In this document: one piece after another, positions 17,023 through 27,043 of the stretch
Position numbering within the stretch: position 1 is the stretch's first letter
Layout: the number at the start of each line of letters is the position of its first letter
From: Patescibacteria group bacterium
GTDB lineage: Bacteria > Patescibacteriota > Gracilibacteria > Peribacterales > Peribacteraceae
Direction of reading: 5' to 3'
Assembly (NCBI GenBank): GCA_018818235.1
Contig: JAHISE010000067.1
Location: 1-34,699 of the forward strand
DNA length: 34,699 bases
The notes under the pieces: generated by a model
Told to the model about the DNA's origin: nothing
Database searches by the model: none
Seen by the model: only the letters and a program-made list of their open reading frames with translations
Translations under genes and position numbers: made by a program

Positions 17023-17850
17023 ATGAAAAAACAAAAACACACCATCAATATCGAACTTTACGAGGCAATGTTTGTTGCCAGCTTACTACTGACAATAACC
17101 CTTGCCACGCTATCATCTATGAATAGGACGCATAGTGCTGAGGTTATGGATGCTAAGAGTGGCAGTGGTGCTGTTGTAGATCAATCCGGAGCATTGGTGG
17201 TTCCACATCTGCTAACTGAAGATGAACGTAATGAGCGAATATTCGGTTTTATACTACGAAGACGAAGCAAGCAGAAAGAGTTTTTTGCATATAAGAATGA
17301 AGATAGCGAAAGATGGATCAAGCGCAAACAACACGGAGACTCGTGCCTTATGGAACTTAGGATGGCAAACAGAGATACCAAATTGCCAATCCTCTTTAGA
17401 TGCTACAGAGCTCAACTTACTTTGAATCTGGAGTCACTTCGCAAAGAAAAAGCATTTGTACTAAATATGCCCGGTATTTCCGAAGATAAATTGAATCAAG
17501 CGACGAGTTCAATCGATAATTTGACTGAAGCAATCACAACAATGATAGATGGAATTGATTCCGTAGTTTATACAACAAAGGAATCTTTGGAAGAGTCCAA
17601 AGTGCTGCTTGCAGAAAATTACAGGACACCTTATTGGAAAGCTCAAGAAGAACTTCGCGCAGATTACCTGCTTACATGGGCTGCATATTTTATGGATAAG
17701 ATCGAAAAGATAGAGAACACCGACCTTTCTCCGGAAGATGAGGAATTGGTGACTAATGCGCGTGAATGTATCGAGGATGTGATGTTAAAGATTCAGCTTG
17801 AGGATGCTCAGGGTAGATTTAAGGAATGCGTGGAAATAATGAGGAATTGA
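17023..17850 (+). CDS. Hypothetical secreted or membrane-anchored helical protein
   Basis: 275-aa ORF with an N-terminal TM segment; TGCTATAAT upstream. Confidence 0.8.
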   Translation: MKKQKHTINIELYEAMFVASLLLTITLATLSSMNRTHSAEVMDAKSGSGAVVDQSGALVVPHLLTEDERNERIFGFILRRRSKQKEFFAYKNEDSERWIKRKQHGDSCLMELRMANRDTKLPILFRCYRAQLTLNLESLRKEKAFVLNMPGISEDKLNQATSSIDNLTEAITTMIDGIDSVVYTTKESLEESKVLLAENYRTPYWKAQEELRADYLLTWAAYFMDKIEKIENTDLSPEDEELVTNARECIEDVMLKIQLEDAQGRFKECVEIMRN

Positions 17851-17851
17851 A

Positions 17852-17968
17852 GGCAGTTGGCAGTTGGCATATTGGCAGTTGGCTATCGGCGGCTGTTGAA
17901 CATGGTTTATTGGCCATCATTTGCGACCGCAAATAGCCAATAAGCCAACCTGCCAAAAGCCAATTGCT
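17852..17968. repeat. Empty inverted tandem-repeat shell (TTGGCAG / GCCAA)
   Basis: Left arm 17852-17890, right arm 17934-17968. Confidence 0.85.
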
Positions 17969-18012
17969 ATTCAATGCAACCTCTTGACTCATGCTGTATA
18001 CTTCGCATCTCC

Positions 18013-18714
18013 ATGACCCCCAAAAAACGTATCCGCCACAGGGTTGAACGCACAGGAAACAAGCATTCCCGTGCCGTATTTACCGATGGAACCATAGTTA
18101 TCAGACTAGCCAGAAATCTATCGCGAACAGAAGCGGAAGAACATGTTCGCGACCTTCTGCGCAGAATGACACAACAATTGCTGGAGGAGGAGCAAAAGAC
18201 AGTTATAGACCCATTCAGACCACTGCTTGATGGTAATCAGAGTCTTACAATCACACTAGCTACAGGAAAACAATATCACTTTACTCTTAAATCCGGATCC
18301 AGGACTTCAGCCAGAAGAACCTCCAGAGGCTGGTCTGTTACAGTTGGTCCACATATCCGACGCAAGGGGCTGCACAGTTTTCTGTGGAAATTGCTCTCTA
18401 AATCTGAAGAGAAACGAGTCCGAATTCTGGTACATATGATTAATGACGAAACATTCAGCTATCCTCTGCGAAAGATCACTCTTAAATTTGCAACATCCCA
18501 ATGGGGAAGCTGCTCAACCAGAAAAGTAATCATGCTGAATTCTGCATTGCTGTTCACACCACCATCAGTTCTAAAATATTTGATAGTGCATGAGCTTTCT
18601 CATTTGCGATTTGGGAACCACTCCCCTACTTATTGGAGAAATGTGGGTAGCGCGATGCCTACTTTTAAAAGAGCGAGGGAAATATTGAAGGATTATAGAT
18701 TGCCAACTCTGTAA
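18013..18714 (+). CDS. YgjP/DUF45-like (M48-related) zinc metallohydrolase
   Basis: Motifs SQWGSCS and YLIVHELSHL..NHS..YW; likely start ATG 18013 after TATACT. Confidence 0.9.
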   Translation: MTPKKRIRHRVERTGNKHSRAVFTDGTIVIRLARNLSRTEAEEHVRDLLRRMTQQLLEEEQKTVIDPFRPLLDGNQSLTITLATGKQYHFTLKSGSRTSARRTSRGWSVTVGPHIRRKGLHSFLWKLLSKSEEKRVRILVHMINDETFSYPLRKITLKFATSQWGSCSTRKVIMLNSALLFTPPSVLKYLIVHELSHLRFGNHSPTYWRNVGSAMPTFKRAREILKDYRLPTL

Positions 18715-18783
18715 AAAATACAAACATGTCGATTGTGACAATATTTCTCTTGTTTTCCCTTTTTAAATAACTACAATTTACGC

Positions 18784-20541
18784 ATGCGCATGAAAAGATA
18801 CCATTCCAGCCAAGGATTCACCCTGCTAGAAATACTAATCGTAATGGTGATTCTTATCATTCTTTTTGGATTAATATTTGTAAAACTTCGTCCAATAAAG
18901 CATAAAGGGCAAGCTTATGACATAGAAAGGATGGCTGAAGTAAAAAGTATTGAAAGCGGAGTTACACAATACATTATAGATAACTTGTCTTTGCCCTCAG
19001 GCACTCCTATAGGAGACGCATCGGTTGCAAAAGATATATGTCAGGAATCTGTCACCGGTGCATCGTGTACCGGTAGCCCTGTTAATGGAGTTGATCTTTC
19101 TAGCCTAGTACCCGTTTTCCTTCAAACAATCCCTGTGGATCCTGCGGCCACAGGATCGATCGTAACTGGATATAAATTTTATAGCGACGGCGAAGATGTG
19201 TATGCAATAGCACCATTGATTAGTGCTTTGCCATCCTATACTCCGCCAACCGGAGATGATGATGAAGGCGAAGACGAAAGCGGATGTGCAGGCAGTCTAA
19301 TTGCGTATTGGAAACTAGATGAAACTACCGGAACATCCTCTACTGATGAATGTGGCGGTACTCACAATGGCACACTTCTTAATGGAGCCACTTGGATGAG
19401 TGGACTTTTTGATAATGCAATTAAGCTTGACGGATCTAATGATTCGATAAATATACCCACACATTCCGACTTCAACTCATTAAATTCCTTCACAACTTCT
19501 GCATGGATATTGCCTTATACACTCAATGATTCACGAATAATACAAAATGATGCTTTGGAGATGACATTTTATTCTGATGGGCGCGTTCGATTTTCTATTG
19601 CCGGAATACTTGGGAACTACTATTCAATAAGCAAGCTACCGGTTAATCATTGGTCACATGTAGCAATAGATTATGATGGATCTAATGTTAAACTATACAT
19701 CAATGGCGCATTGGACATATCTTTAGTTGCATCTGGCACTACGTCTTCGGATGCAGGCGATTTAAACATCGGATCTACAGGTTCATCTAATTACTTCAGT
19801 GGAAAAATCGATGATGTACGATTTTATAATTCATCTATCAGTGCCTCCGAAATAGGAACACTTGCAGCTGCAGGATTTGATGGCTCGTTAGTTGCTTATT
19901 GGAAACTGGATGAGGGATCCGGAAATACTTCTGCGGATTCTTCCGGTAGTACAAACGAGCATTTTCTTACATTGTACAATAACCCTACTTGGGAAGCTTC
20001 TTCTACTCCACCAACAAATTATAGCAATCCATATTCTATCAATCTCGATGGGAGTAATGATTATGGACGAGTTGCCTCCCATAATGATTTCACATTCCCC
20101 GAAGGATTCAGTGTGAGCCTATGGGCATATCTGGATACAAGCATGCCTTATGGTGGCGGTCTTGTAGGAAGCCAACACTTCTATTATCAAGGATGGATGA
20201 TTTATACATATAATAATAGCGTACGTGTTTATATTAATAATGAGCTTAAAGGAAATACCAGCATAAGTTCTGCAGAATGGAAACTGATAACTTTGGTATG
20301 GGATGGATCAAACGTTAAGCTATATATAAATAGCACACTCACGAATGATACTGTTTATGGTACTGCACCAAATAGCGGAGGTGATAGTATCATCATTGGT
20401 GGCATGTACTCCTCCGGTTCCGACACAGGTGGCAATCCCAGTTCTTTCTTTAATGATAAAATCGATGATATTAAAATATTCAATAGACCACTGTCTTTTG
20501 CGGAAGTGCAAAGAATTGCTTCGGGAAATCCGCTCCCTTAA
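18784..20541 (+). CDS. Type IV pilin-like protein with two LamG/concanavalin-like domains
   Basis: GFTLLEIL N-methylation motif; two copies of LxAYWKLDE...IDDV/IR/KxxN. Confidence 0.9.
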   Translation: MRMKRYHSSQGFTLLEILIVMVILIILFGLIFVKLRPIKHKGQAYDIERMAEVKSIESGVTQYIIDNLSLPSGTPIGDASVAKDICQESVTGASCTGSPVNGVDLSSLVPVFLQTIPVDPAATGSIVTGYKFYSDGEDVYAIAPLISALPSYTPPTGDDDEGEDESGCAGSLIAYWKLDETTGTSSTDECGGTHNGTLLNGATWMSGLFDNAIKLDGSNDSINIPTHSDFNSLNSFTTSAWILPYTLNDSRIIQNDALEMTFYSDGRVRFSIAGILGNYYSISKLPVNHWSHVAIDYDGSNVKLYINGALDISLVASGTTSSDAGDLNIGSTGSSNYFSGKIDDVRFYNSSISASEIGTLAAAGFDGSLVAYWKLDEGSGNTSADSSGSTNEHFLTLYNNPTWEASSTPPTNYSNPYSINLDGSNDYGRVASHNDFTFPEGFSVSLWAYLDTSMPYGGGLVGSQHFYYQGWMIYTYNNSVRVYINNELKGNTSISSAEWKLITLVWDGSNVKLYINSTLTNDTVYGTAPNSGGDSIIIGGMYSSGSDTGGNPSSFFNDKIDDIKIFNRPLSFAEVQRIASGNPLP

Positions 20542-20553
20542 AAAGAAGAATCT

Positions 20554-21006
20554 ATGAAAGATTCCTTTATCAGAAAACACAATGGCTTCACTCTATTGGA
20601 ATTGCTGATGGTAATGGCAATTATGGTAATTCTGTTGGGTATTATAAGTGTTAAATTAAAACCAATGCTTCGCACCGGTCTGGCATATGATATTCGAAGA
20701 AAGAGTGATGTAAAACAACTGGAAAATGCACTTACGCAAGCTATGATTGATAGAATTAGTCCACCAAATAATATTCCTTCCTCAGAAGCAAATGCAAAAT
20801 GGATTTGCCAATACACTTATAAGGGCATTGACTGCATTGATCCTCCTTTGGGAGGTATTGATTTATCTTATCTGGTTCCGGATTATTTATCAGATATACC
20901 AGTAGATCCTATAATTGAAACAGATGATTTATCAGGATATAAAATATATAAGGATGGTTCATTCTTTTACATAATTGCTCCATATTTGGAACAATTACCA
21001 GATTGA
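20554..21006 (+). CDS. Type IV pilin-like protein
   Basis: GFTLLELL motif; paralogous to the N-terminus of the upstream gene (DLSxLVP..L..IPVDP). Confidence 0.9.
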   Translation: MKDSFIRKHNGFTLLELLMVMAIMVILLGIISVKLKPMLRTGLAYDIRRKSDVKQLENALTQAMIDRISPPNNIPSSEANAKWICQYTYKGIDCIDPPLGGIDLSYLVPDYLSDIPVDPIIETDDLSGYKIYKDGSFFYIIAPYLEQLPD

Positions 21007-21061
21007 TTTACTAGTTTCCTGTTAGTTTGCTACCATAGAGTCACCAATTCCCCCTAATAAT

Positions 21062-21208
21062 ATGTTCTACGATGACGACGATGACAAGAAGCCCGAAGAT
21101 GACAACTCAGAGGAAGAACAAATAGTCGAAGCCGGTGACTACAATCTTGGTGAAGATATCGGAGCTATGATTGACGAAGGACAGGATTCCGACACTGCAC
21201 AATTATGA
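21062..21208 (+). CDS. 48-aa highly acidic microprotein (below the ORF-track cutoff)
   Basis: MFYDDDDDKKPEDDNSEEEQIVEAGDYNLGEDIGAMIDEGQDSDTAQL; ATGA overlap with the next gene; TGCTACCAT upstream. Confidence 0.7.
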   Translation: MFYDDDDDKKPEDDNSEEEQIVEAGDYNLGEDIGAMIDEGQDSDTAQL

Positions 21209-22032
21209 GCAAAGAAGTAAATTTAGATATAGCAATGGAAGTTGCATTGCCAACTATAAAAAAAGCAGCTGAGCTAGCTTTGGAATATCATAAAAAGATA
21301 GATCCAAAAAATGCAGGATCCAATCTTGGCATAGATACCAAAAGACCAAGGGACTATGTAACTGATGCCGATAAAGCAGTGCAAAAAATGATTATTGAGG
21401 AAATTCAAAAGACGTATCCATCGCATCGCTTTATAGCAGAGGAAGAAGGATCAGATAATTTGGGTGATCCTGAATCACCTTACACATGGATTATTGATCC
21501 GATTGATGGAACTTGTCCTTTTATTCACGGTCGCCCACACTTTGGAACAATTATTGCACTAAAAAAGGATGATGAGGTTGTTCTTGGATTGATGTATATG
21601 CCTCTTCTGGATGAACTTTACACATGCATAAAAGGAAATGGTGCGTTCTTTAACGACAAACCTGTTGTGTTACGCAATACAAGAAATATGGATGATGCGG
21701 TGCTCTGTTCTAATTTTCGACGAACTGTTGATATAAATGGCATTGCACATCTGCCAGTTATTTTATGCGCAAATACAGAGAACTACGGATGTGCAGTTTA
21801 TGAACTTGGTCTAATCCTTCAGGGATTAAATGATGGGTTCTATTGCTCCGGCCCACGCCTCTGGGACATAGCTGCAGGATGTTTGATGATAGAGGAAGCA
21901 GGAGGCAAAGCTAGATATGAATTGAAGGAACCGGATAATGTAAGGTCAGGAGTCCTTTGCGCAACATCAACCGCTGCGATTTTTGAAGAGCTTGAGGAGT
22001 TTGTCTTCAACAAGATGAAGTACTTGAGTTAA
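21205..22032 (+). CDS. Inositol monophosphatase family protein (SuhB-like)
   Basis: Motifs DYVTDAD, AEE, WIIDPIDGT and WDIAAG. Confidence 0.93.
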   Translation: MSKEVNLDIAMEVALPTIKKAAELALEYHKKIDPKNAGSNLGIDTKRPRDYVTDADKAVQKMIIEEIQKTYPSHRFIAEEEGSDNLGDPESPYTWIIDPIDGTCPFIHGRPHFGTIIALKKDDEVVLGLMYMPLLDELYTCIKGNGAFFNDKPVVLRNTRNMDDAVLCSNFRRTVDINGIAHLPVILCANTENYGCAVYELGLILQGLNDGFYCSGPRLWDIAAGCLMIEEAGGKARYELKEPDNVRSGVLCATSTAAIFEELEEFVFNKMKYLS

Positions 22033-22051
22033 ATACAGATAAATCCAATAC

Positions 22052-22124
22052 TTACTACTCACTACCAACTACAAACTCGATATTACTAATAACATATGAT
22101 TAGTGAGTAGTTTGTAGTGAGTAG
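22052..22124. repeat. Empty inverted heptamer shell (CTACTCA / TGAGTAG)
   Basis: Left arm 22052-22077, right arm 22101-22124. Confidence 0.85.
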
Positions 22125-22691
22125 TTAAACTCCTGCCTCCTCAAGCAACCTCCTCAACAGCCCCATCGGCAACCCCACCACCCCCGTATAGTCTCCTTCC
22201 AAATGCTCAATAAGTTTCTCCCCTTCTCCTTCAATTTGGAATGACCCGCTGCGATCTTTCCAAAGACCCAACGAAATCCACCAATCCAGTTCCTCATCAG
22301 TTAATGTTCTAAAGTGAACGTGTGAGGTTTCTACTCCTTCGAATTTTTTCGACTTTGGAGCCAAAAGACTTATTGCCGAATGAACCTGAGAAACTCCCCC
22401 ACTCTGCTCCCTAAGCATTTCTCGTGCATGATGTTTATCCTGAGGTTTTTCCAATAGATTACCTTTATGCGAAACAACCAAAGTATCTGAACCAATCACA
22501 TAATAATCAGGATACTTTGCATAAACATCCTCTGCCTTAAGTCGAGCCAGAACCTGAGCTCTCTTTATAGGATCTTCAAGCTCACAAAGCGTTTCATCCA
22601 CATCGCTTGCAATTACTTCAAACTGAATGCCAAGTTCCTCCAATAGTCTACGACGCTGAGGACTTCCCGATGCAAGAATAATATTAGACAC
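22125..22691 (-). CDS. maf: Maf family nucleotide pyrophosphatase
   Basis: Motifs IILASGSPQRR, GSDT, LEKP and VVGLP. Confidence 0.95.
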   Translation of the reverse strand: MSNIILASGSPQRRRLLEELGIQFEVIASDVDETLCELEDPIKRAQVLARLKAEDVYAKYPDYYVIGSDTLVVSHKGNLLEKPQDKHHAREMLREQSGGVSQVHSAISLLAPKSKKFEGVETSHVHFRTLTDEELDWWISLGLWKDRSGSFQIEGEGEKLIEHLEGDYTGVVGLPMGLLRRLLEEAGV

Positions 22692-22701
22692 ATCAATATA
22701 C

Positions 22702-22758
22702 TAACGAATAAACGAGTAAACGAGTAAACGAATCAACGATTTTTATTCGCGCTCGTTC
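22702..22758. repeat. Octamer tandem repeat (AAACGAGT) with a degenerate inverse arm
   Basis: Read directly. Confidence 0.85.
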
Positions 22759-22774
22759 AACAACAATACATATC

Positions 22775-23566
22775 TCAGTAGTTTATATACGGTGTCGGCC
22801 TCCCCGGTACAACCGACTCCCTTCTGTTAGACCTATCCAGCGCCTGCTCAAGCATCTGCATCCTAAGCTTCATGGTCGGAATGTAATTAACCTTATCCCT
22901 ATTCAACCATTGTATTGGATTCGAAAGACCCTGACGTGGCAGCGTAGTTGGAGCTTTTGTCACGGAAAGACAAAGCTCATAAAAACCTTCCAGAGAATAA
23001 TCCTTTAGAGTCTCGGGGCAATTGTTTGCATTCATATATCTTCGCAATAGATGACGCTCTTTTTCGCCCAGCTCATCTGTGGTCAGGCTACTTGTCTTTG
23101 GTTCAGGTACAACCTCAACCACAGGTTCAGGTGCAGGTGCGGCAGGACGTACCTCTTCTATTTCTATTTCTACTTTCTCTCCACTCAAATACCAAGTTAT
23201 AGATTCATAATCATTCATATCAGGAGGAACAAGATCTTCCTCGCCTGCCTTTGTGCGGTGTTGAAACATCTTCATTGCCTGCCAATACTCTCTTCTTTGT
23301 TTTCTCAATCTTACTTTATCTACTAAAGCAGTTTCACGAACAGTAGTTCTCTCTTCGGCATCCATAATATCGAATGCTGATCCTTCCATATCCTCATCCT
23401 GAGGCACCTTTGAAATTAAGTTCGCAGCTAAAGGTGCAGAAATAACCACTAGCAGAGTTGCTGTAATTAAACGAGTTCGTGAGATTTTGAGTTTTTTGTG
23501 GGGCATAGTTTGTATTGGTATTACGTGGATATTATACCATAATTGATGACTTCTAGCTATGCTCAA
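22775..23566 (-). CDS. Hypothetical membrane-anchored protein
   Basis: Long ORF with an N-terminal TM helix; true start probably ATG near 23506. Confidence 0.75.
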   Translation of the reverse strand: MSIARSHQLWYNIHVIPIQTMPHKKLKISRTRLITATLLVVISAPLAANLISKVPQDEDMEGSAFDIMDAEERTTVRETALVDKVRLRKQRREYWQAMKMFQHRTKAGEEDLVPPDMNDYESITWYLSGEKVEIEIEEVRPAAPAPEPVVEVVPEPKTSSLTTDELGEKERHLLRRYMNANNCPETLKDYSLEGFYELCLSVTKAPTTLPRQGLSNPIQWLNRDKVNYIPTMKLRMQMLEQALDRSNRRESVVPGRPTPYINY

Positions 23567-23666
23567 TTTGCTCGTTTTCTGGTTTACTCGTTTGCTCGTT
23601 TGTTCAAAAATTTAAAGGTTATTAGCCCATTCTAATATAACGAGAAACGAGCTAACGATTAAACAA
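23567..23666. repeat. Empty inverted octamer shell (CTCGTTTG / AAACGAG)
   Basis: Left arm 23567-23605, right arm 23638-23666. Confidence 0.85.
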
Positions 23667-24626
23667 TTAACCTAACCCAACCGCCTTCCTCACCCTCTCC
23701 ATCGTACCCCCCGCGATCTCCCCCGCCCTCTCCCTCCCCGAGGCCAAAACCTCCTCCACATCTTTTGTGGTCAGCTTCTCCCTTGTTTCCCTCATCGGCT
23801 TCATATAATCCATATAATCTTCAAACAACCTCTTCTTTGCATCACCATAAGAAATTCCGGACTTATATTCATCCGCCAATTTTTCCGCTACCTTTTTATC
23901 CAGGAACAACTTATTAATAATATATATTGTGGATTTCTCCGGATCCTTCGGATCGTTCTGACCCGCTGAGTCTGTAACTATTCCCATAATGATTTTCTTA
24001 ATTTTTTTCTCATCTCCGAATAGTGGAATTGTATTCCCATAACTCTTACTCATTTTTTGCCCATCCACACCCGGAACAACCGCAACTTCTTCTCTTATAA
24101 CAGGTTCTGGAATCGTAAGAGCATCTTTTCCAAAAATAGTATTAAATTTCTGAGCAATATCACGAGCCATTTCCACATGTTGCTTTTGATCCTTTCCAAC
24201 AGGCACATGCGTTGCATCATATAATAGGATATCTGCAGCCATTAAAACCGGATAAGCAAAAAGCCCGACCGAAGGAATAATCCCCTTTTGAACTTTATCT
24301 TTATAGCTAACTGCACGTTCCAAAAGTCCCATAGGTGTTATGCAGCTTAGTATCCACATAAGTTCGGTGTGCTCCGGAATCTGAGACTGATCAAATATAA
24401 TCGCCTTCTCCGGATCAAATCCACATGCAAGATAATCCAGAACAATATCTTCACGAGCTTTATTAAGTACACTTGCATCCTGAATTGTTGTAAGCGCATG
24501 AAGATCGGCAACAAAGAATAAGCTTTGGTCGGATTTTTCCGTGAATTCCAAATTAGGCTTTATTGATCCGAAATAATTTCCTATATGTAATTGGCCGGAG
24601 GGTTGGATACCCGAAAGTACTCGCAT
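23667..24626 (-). CDS. trpS: Tryptophan--tRNA ligase
   Basis: Motifs SGIQPSG.LHIGNY, YPVLMAADIL, VPVGKDQ and KMSKS. Confidence 0.97.
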   Translation of the reverse strand: MRVLSGIQPSGQLHIGNYFGSIKPNLEFTEKSDQSLFFVADLHALTTIQDASVLNKAREDIVLDYLACGFDPEKAIIFDQSQIPEHTELMWILSCITPMGLLERAVSYKDKVQKGIIPSVGLFAYPVLMAADILLYDATHVPVGKDQKQHVEMARDIAQKFNTIFGKDALTIPEPVIREEVAVVPGVDGQKMSKSYGNTIPLFGDEKKIKKIIMGIVTDSAGQNDPKDPEKSTIYIINKLFLDKKVAEKLADEYKSGISYGDAKKRLFEDYMDYMKPMRETREKLTTKDVEEVLASGRERAGEIAGGTMERVRKAVGLG

Positions 24627-24738
24627 GGGTGTATGTTAACGTTCAGAGAGGATTTTGTATAGAAATAATGATCTACCTTCCTCGTGGGTCGTATTATTGA
24701 ACCTTCCTTTTTCTCTATTTTATTGTATAATATATTTA

Positions 24739-24999
24739 GTGAATGTAATACCAACACCGGAAAATATAATCCCCGCTTCCGAAGTCTCTACAGGTGCTGC
24801 TGAGCAAATAGCAGCTGACAAGGCACCGGTAATTTCTCAGGTTTCGCCCGGACTGGAAGTACTTAAACAATCAATCGGACCAACTATTGCTCCGGTTCTA
24901 ACAATTGCAGGGATTGCATATATTACATATCTGGGAATTAAAACAATAATCACGGGGAAGAAGCCTTTTGGGAAAGGGTCAACAACAATGGTTGCTTAG
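24739..24999 (+). CDS. Small hypothetical membrane protein
   Basis: In-frame GTG 7 nt after TATAAT; C-terminal TM helix. Confidence 0.55.
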   Translation: MNVIPTPENIIPASEVSTGAAEQIAADKAPVISQVSPGLEVLKQSIGPTIAPVLTIAGIAYITYLGIKTIITGKKPFGKGSTTMVA

Positions 25000-25146
25000 A
25001 TCCTTGGCCAACCTTCGCTGCTGGTTGGCTTGCCACGATCAATCACGACTGACGTGGCCTGCCAACCGAAGCCAGGAGGTGGTCGTAAAATTGGTCAACC
25101 TTCGCTCGCTGTGGCGAGGCTATGGTTTACAACCTCCTGCGGAGGT

Positions 25147-25223
25147 TGGTGGACGATACTGGATTCGAACCAGTGACCTTACGGATGTGAACCGTACGCT
25201 CTAACCAACTGAGCTAATCGTCC
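25147..25223 (-). tRNA. tRNA-Val (anticodon CAC)
   Basis: GGACGAT/ATCGTCC acceptor stem, anticodon arm TACGG-TTCACAT-CCGTA, GGTTCGAATCC T-arm, encoded CCA; TACAAT -10 at 25238-25243. Confidence 0.96.
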
Positions 25224-25473
25224 ATTATGTTGAGTGCATTGTACCAATAACTACTGAGTATAACTAAAAATATTGGAATTTCATGATTATTTGTCGTTCA
25301 ATAATACAGAATACTTTTGCACAAATGTATTTGTGATGTAGATATTTATGCACCCTTAACATGTAAGGCAATTCCGGAATTGCTTTACTGGTTTTTTAGA
25401 CAAGTCAAAGACCCTGACGTCGTATAGATCCTCGATCTTCCAGATCGAAGAAGAAACCTACCTTGTATCCTTT

Positions 25474-25612
25474 TATACTCCTTCGCCTAAATAGTTCCGA
25501 TTCTTGAGGACTCATTAATTATTAACAAATCTATTTCTAATGGCTATGGAGTACGAGATTGCATAACAAAAGCACAGTGAATTTTTCGGAATTATTAACT
25601 AAAAGCAGTATA
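25474..25612. mobile_element. 139-bp TA-bounded MITE, copy 1
   Basis: Imperfect ~26-bp TIRs TATACTCCTTCGCCTAAATA.TTCCG / CGGAATTATTAACTAAAAGCAGTATA; near-identical to 32172 and 34559. Confidence 0.92.
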
Positions 25613-25695
25613 TCAAGGGCGTTAGGGGTGGTTTTGAATTTAAAACACTGTTGATTTTTGGCTTAAATTAGAGCCTTTAGGGATCACTAGTCGCT

Positions 25696-25795
25696 TGCCT
25701 GCCGACCGTCTTGTCGGCCATAGCCCAGCCTGCCGACCATAGCCCAGAGGCGACGGCTGGAGGCGACGACTGAAGCCCAAGAGGCGAAGGTTGGT
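25696..25795 (-). repeat. Three nested ~32-nt hairpin elements
   Basis: Minus strand parses as outer[middle[inner]] copies of CAGCCKTCGCCTCTGGGCTAYGGYCGGCAGG. Confidence 0.8.
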
Positions 25796-25820
25796 CACTA
25801 GTCGAATGTCGAATGTCATC

Positions 25821-26435
25821 TCAAACCCCAATCACATGCCTCTTCTTTACTTCCTCCTGAATAAACTCGGGGTCACTTCCCAACCTACTACCTTCCGGTT
25901 CAACTTGTCCCATATATTTGCTATTTGGTTTTTTGTTGTAAGGAGTCTGCGCCGGACTTGTCATCTGTTCAAAAGAAATCTGACAAACTCGCATCCCTGA
26001 ATAAAGCGCAACCGGCATTGTATTTAAGTTACTGATTTCGAGTGTGATTGTTCCGCTAAATCCGGGATCAACGAACCCTGCAGTTGAGTGGACAATGATT
26101 CCCAGACGTCCCAATGAACTTCTGCCTTCCACACGTACAACCAAATCATCGGGGACTGTAATTTTTTCCTGAGTAACCCCAAGAAAGAACTCACCGGGTT
26201 GCACTATAAATGGCTCCCCGTCTGCAACTTCTATGGTTCTGATGTTATCGGTTAGAGTTTCTGACTTTCTTGGATCCAGAAGTGAGGCTTTGGAATTATC
26301 GTAAAGCTTAAAGATGTTTCCAAGATGCAAATCCATAGAACTTGCATGGATGTGGTACGAACTCGGATCACAGTTTTCTATTTTTACGTGACCTGAGGTG
26401 ATGGCTCGGCGGATGTCGATGTCGGAGAGGATCAT
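25821..26435 (-). CDS. dcd: dCTP deaminase
   Basis: Motifs MILSD.DI, EGRSSLGRLG, TAGFVDPGFSG.ITLEI and KYMGQ. Confidence 0.96.
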   Translation of the reverse strand: MILSDIDIRRAITSGHVKIENCDPSSYHIHASSMDLHLGNIFKLYDNSKASLLDPRKSETLTDNIRTIEVADGEPFIVQPGEFFLGVTQEKITVPDDLVVRVEGRSSLGRLGIIVHSTAGFVDPGFSGTITLEISNLNTMPVALYSGMRVCQISFEQMTSPAQTPYNKKPNSKYMGQVEPEGSRLGSDPEFIQEEVKKRHVIGV

Positions 26436-26463
26436 GATGTGAGAGTATCATAAATAATATAAA

Positions 26464-26626
26464 AAATCCCAAATCCCAAAACACAAATCACAAAGAAATC
26501 CCAAATCCCAAAACACAAATCACAAAGAAATCCCAAATCCCAAAACACAAATCATAAAGAAATCCCAAATCCCAAAACACAAATCACAAAGAAATCCCAA
26601 ATCCCAAAACACAAATCCCAAATGCC
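26464..26626. repeat. Heptamer tandem arm (AAATCCC/AAAACAC/AAATCAC) in 32-bp higher-order units
   Basis: Unit AAATCCC AAATCCC AAAACAC AAATCAC AAAG, four copies plus a partial fifth. Confidence 0.95.
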
Positions 26627-26628
26627 AT

Positions 26629-26985
26629 TTATTGTGTAAGCTTTAATATTATTGAACTTAGAATTCGTAATAATTGATTTGCCTCATCCTTTAAATAAGT
26701 CTGTTCCTTTTGTAGCTCAGTATTGTTTCCGGCATCTATAAGATCTAACCAATGAATACTTTCTTTAGCTTCTTTTCTTGAAATTCGCATATGCATTATT
26801 CGATCCTTTTTACCCAGTGCCTCATCCGCCTCAATAAAATTTGCTCCAATAGATCCTGAAGAACGAATAAGTTGTTTAGTGTATTCGGTGTTGGAAATTG
26901 AGTATGGGATTTTTTCTGTAAAGAATTTAACTTTGCGTGCAAATTGCCTAGAGCGCTGCTCAAAATCAAATGGTTTATCAGTCAT
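26629..26985 (-). CDS. Four-helix-bundle protein (23S rRNA IVP / Avd-like family)
   Basis: QLIRSSGSIGANFIEA...ISRKEAKES.HWL signature; 118 aa. Confidence 0.93.
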   Translation of the reverse strand: MTDKPFDFEQRSRQFARKVKFFTEKIPYSISNTEYTKQLIRSSGSIGANFIEADEALGKKDRIMHMRISRKEAKESIHWLDLIDAGNNTELQKEQTYLKDEANQLLRILSSIILKLTQ

Positions 26986-27043
26986 AAGGTGAACCAGTAT
27001 ACACCATTATTGTGAATATCAAGTATTTTCTATTAATAACAAT

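Noticed and set aside
26629-26985. Diversity-generating retroelement (Avd-like gene)
   Set aside because: No reverse transcriptase and no adenine-mismatched TR/VR pair seen in the window
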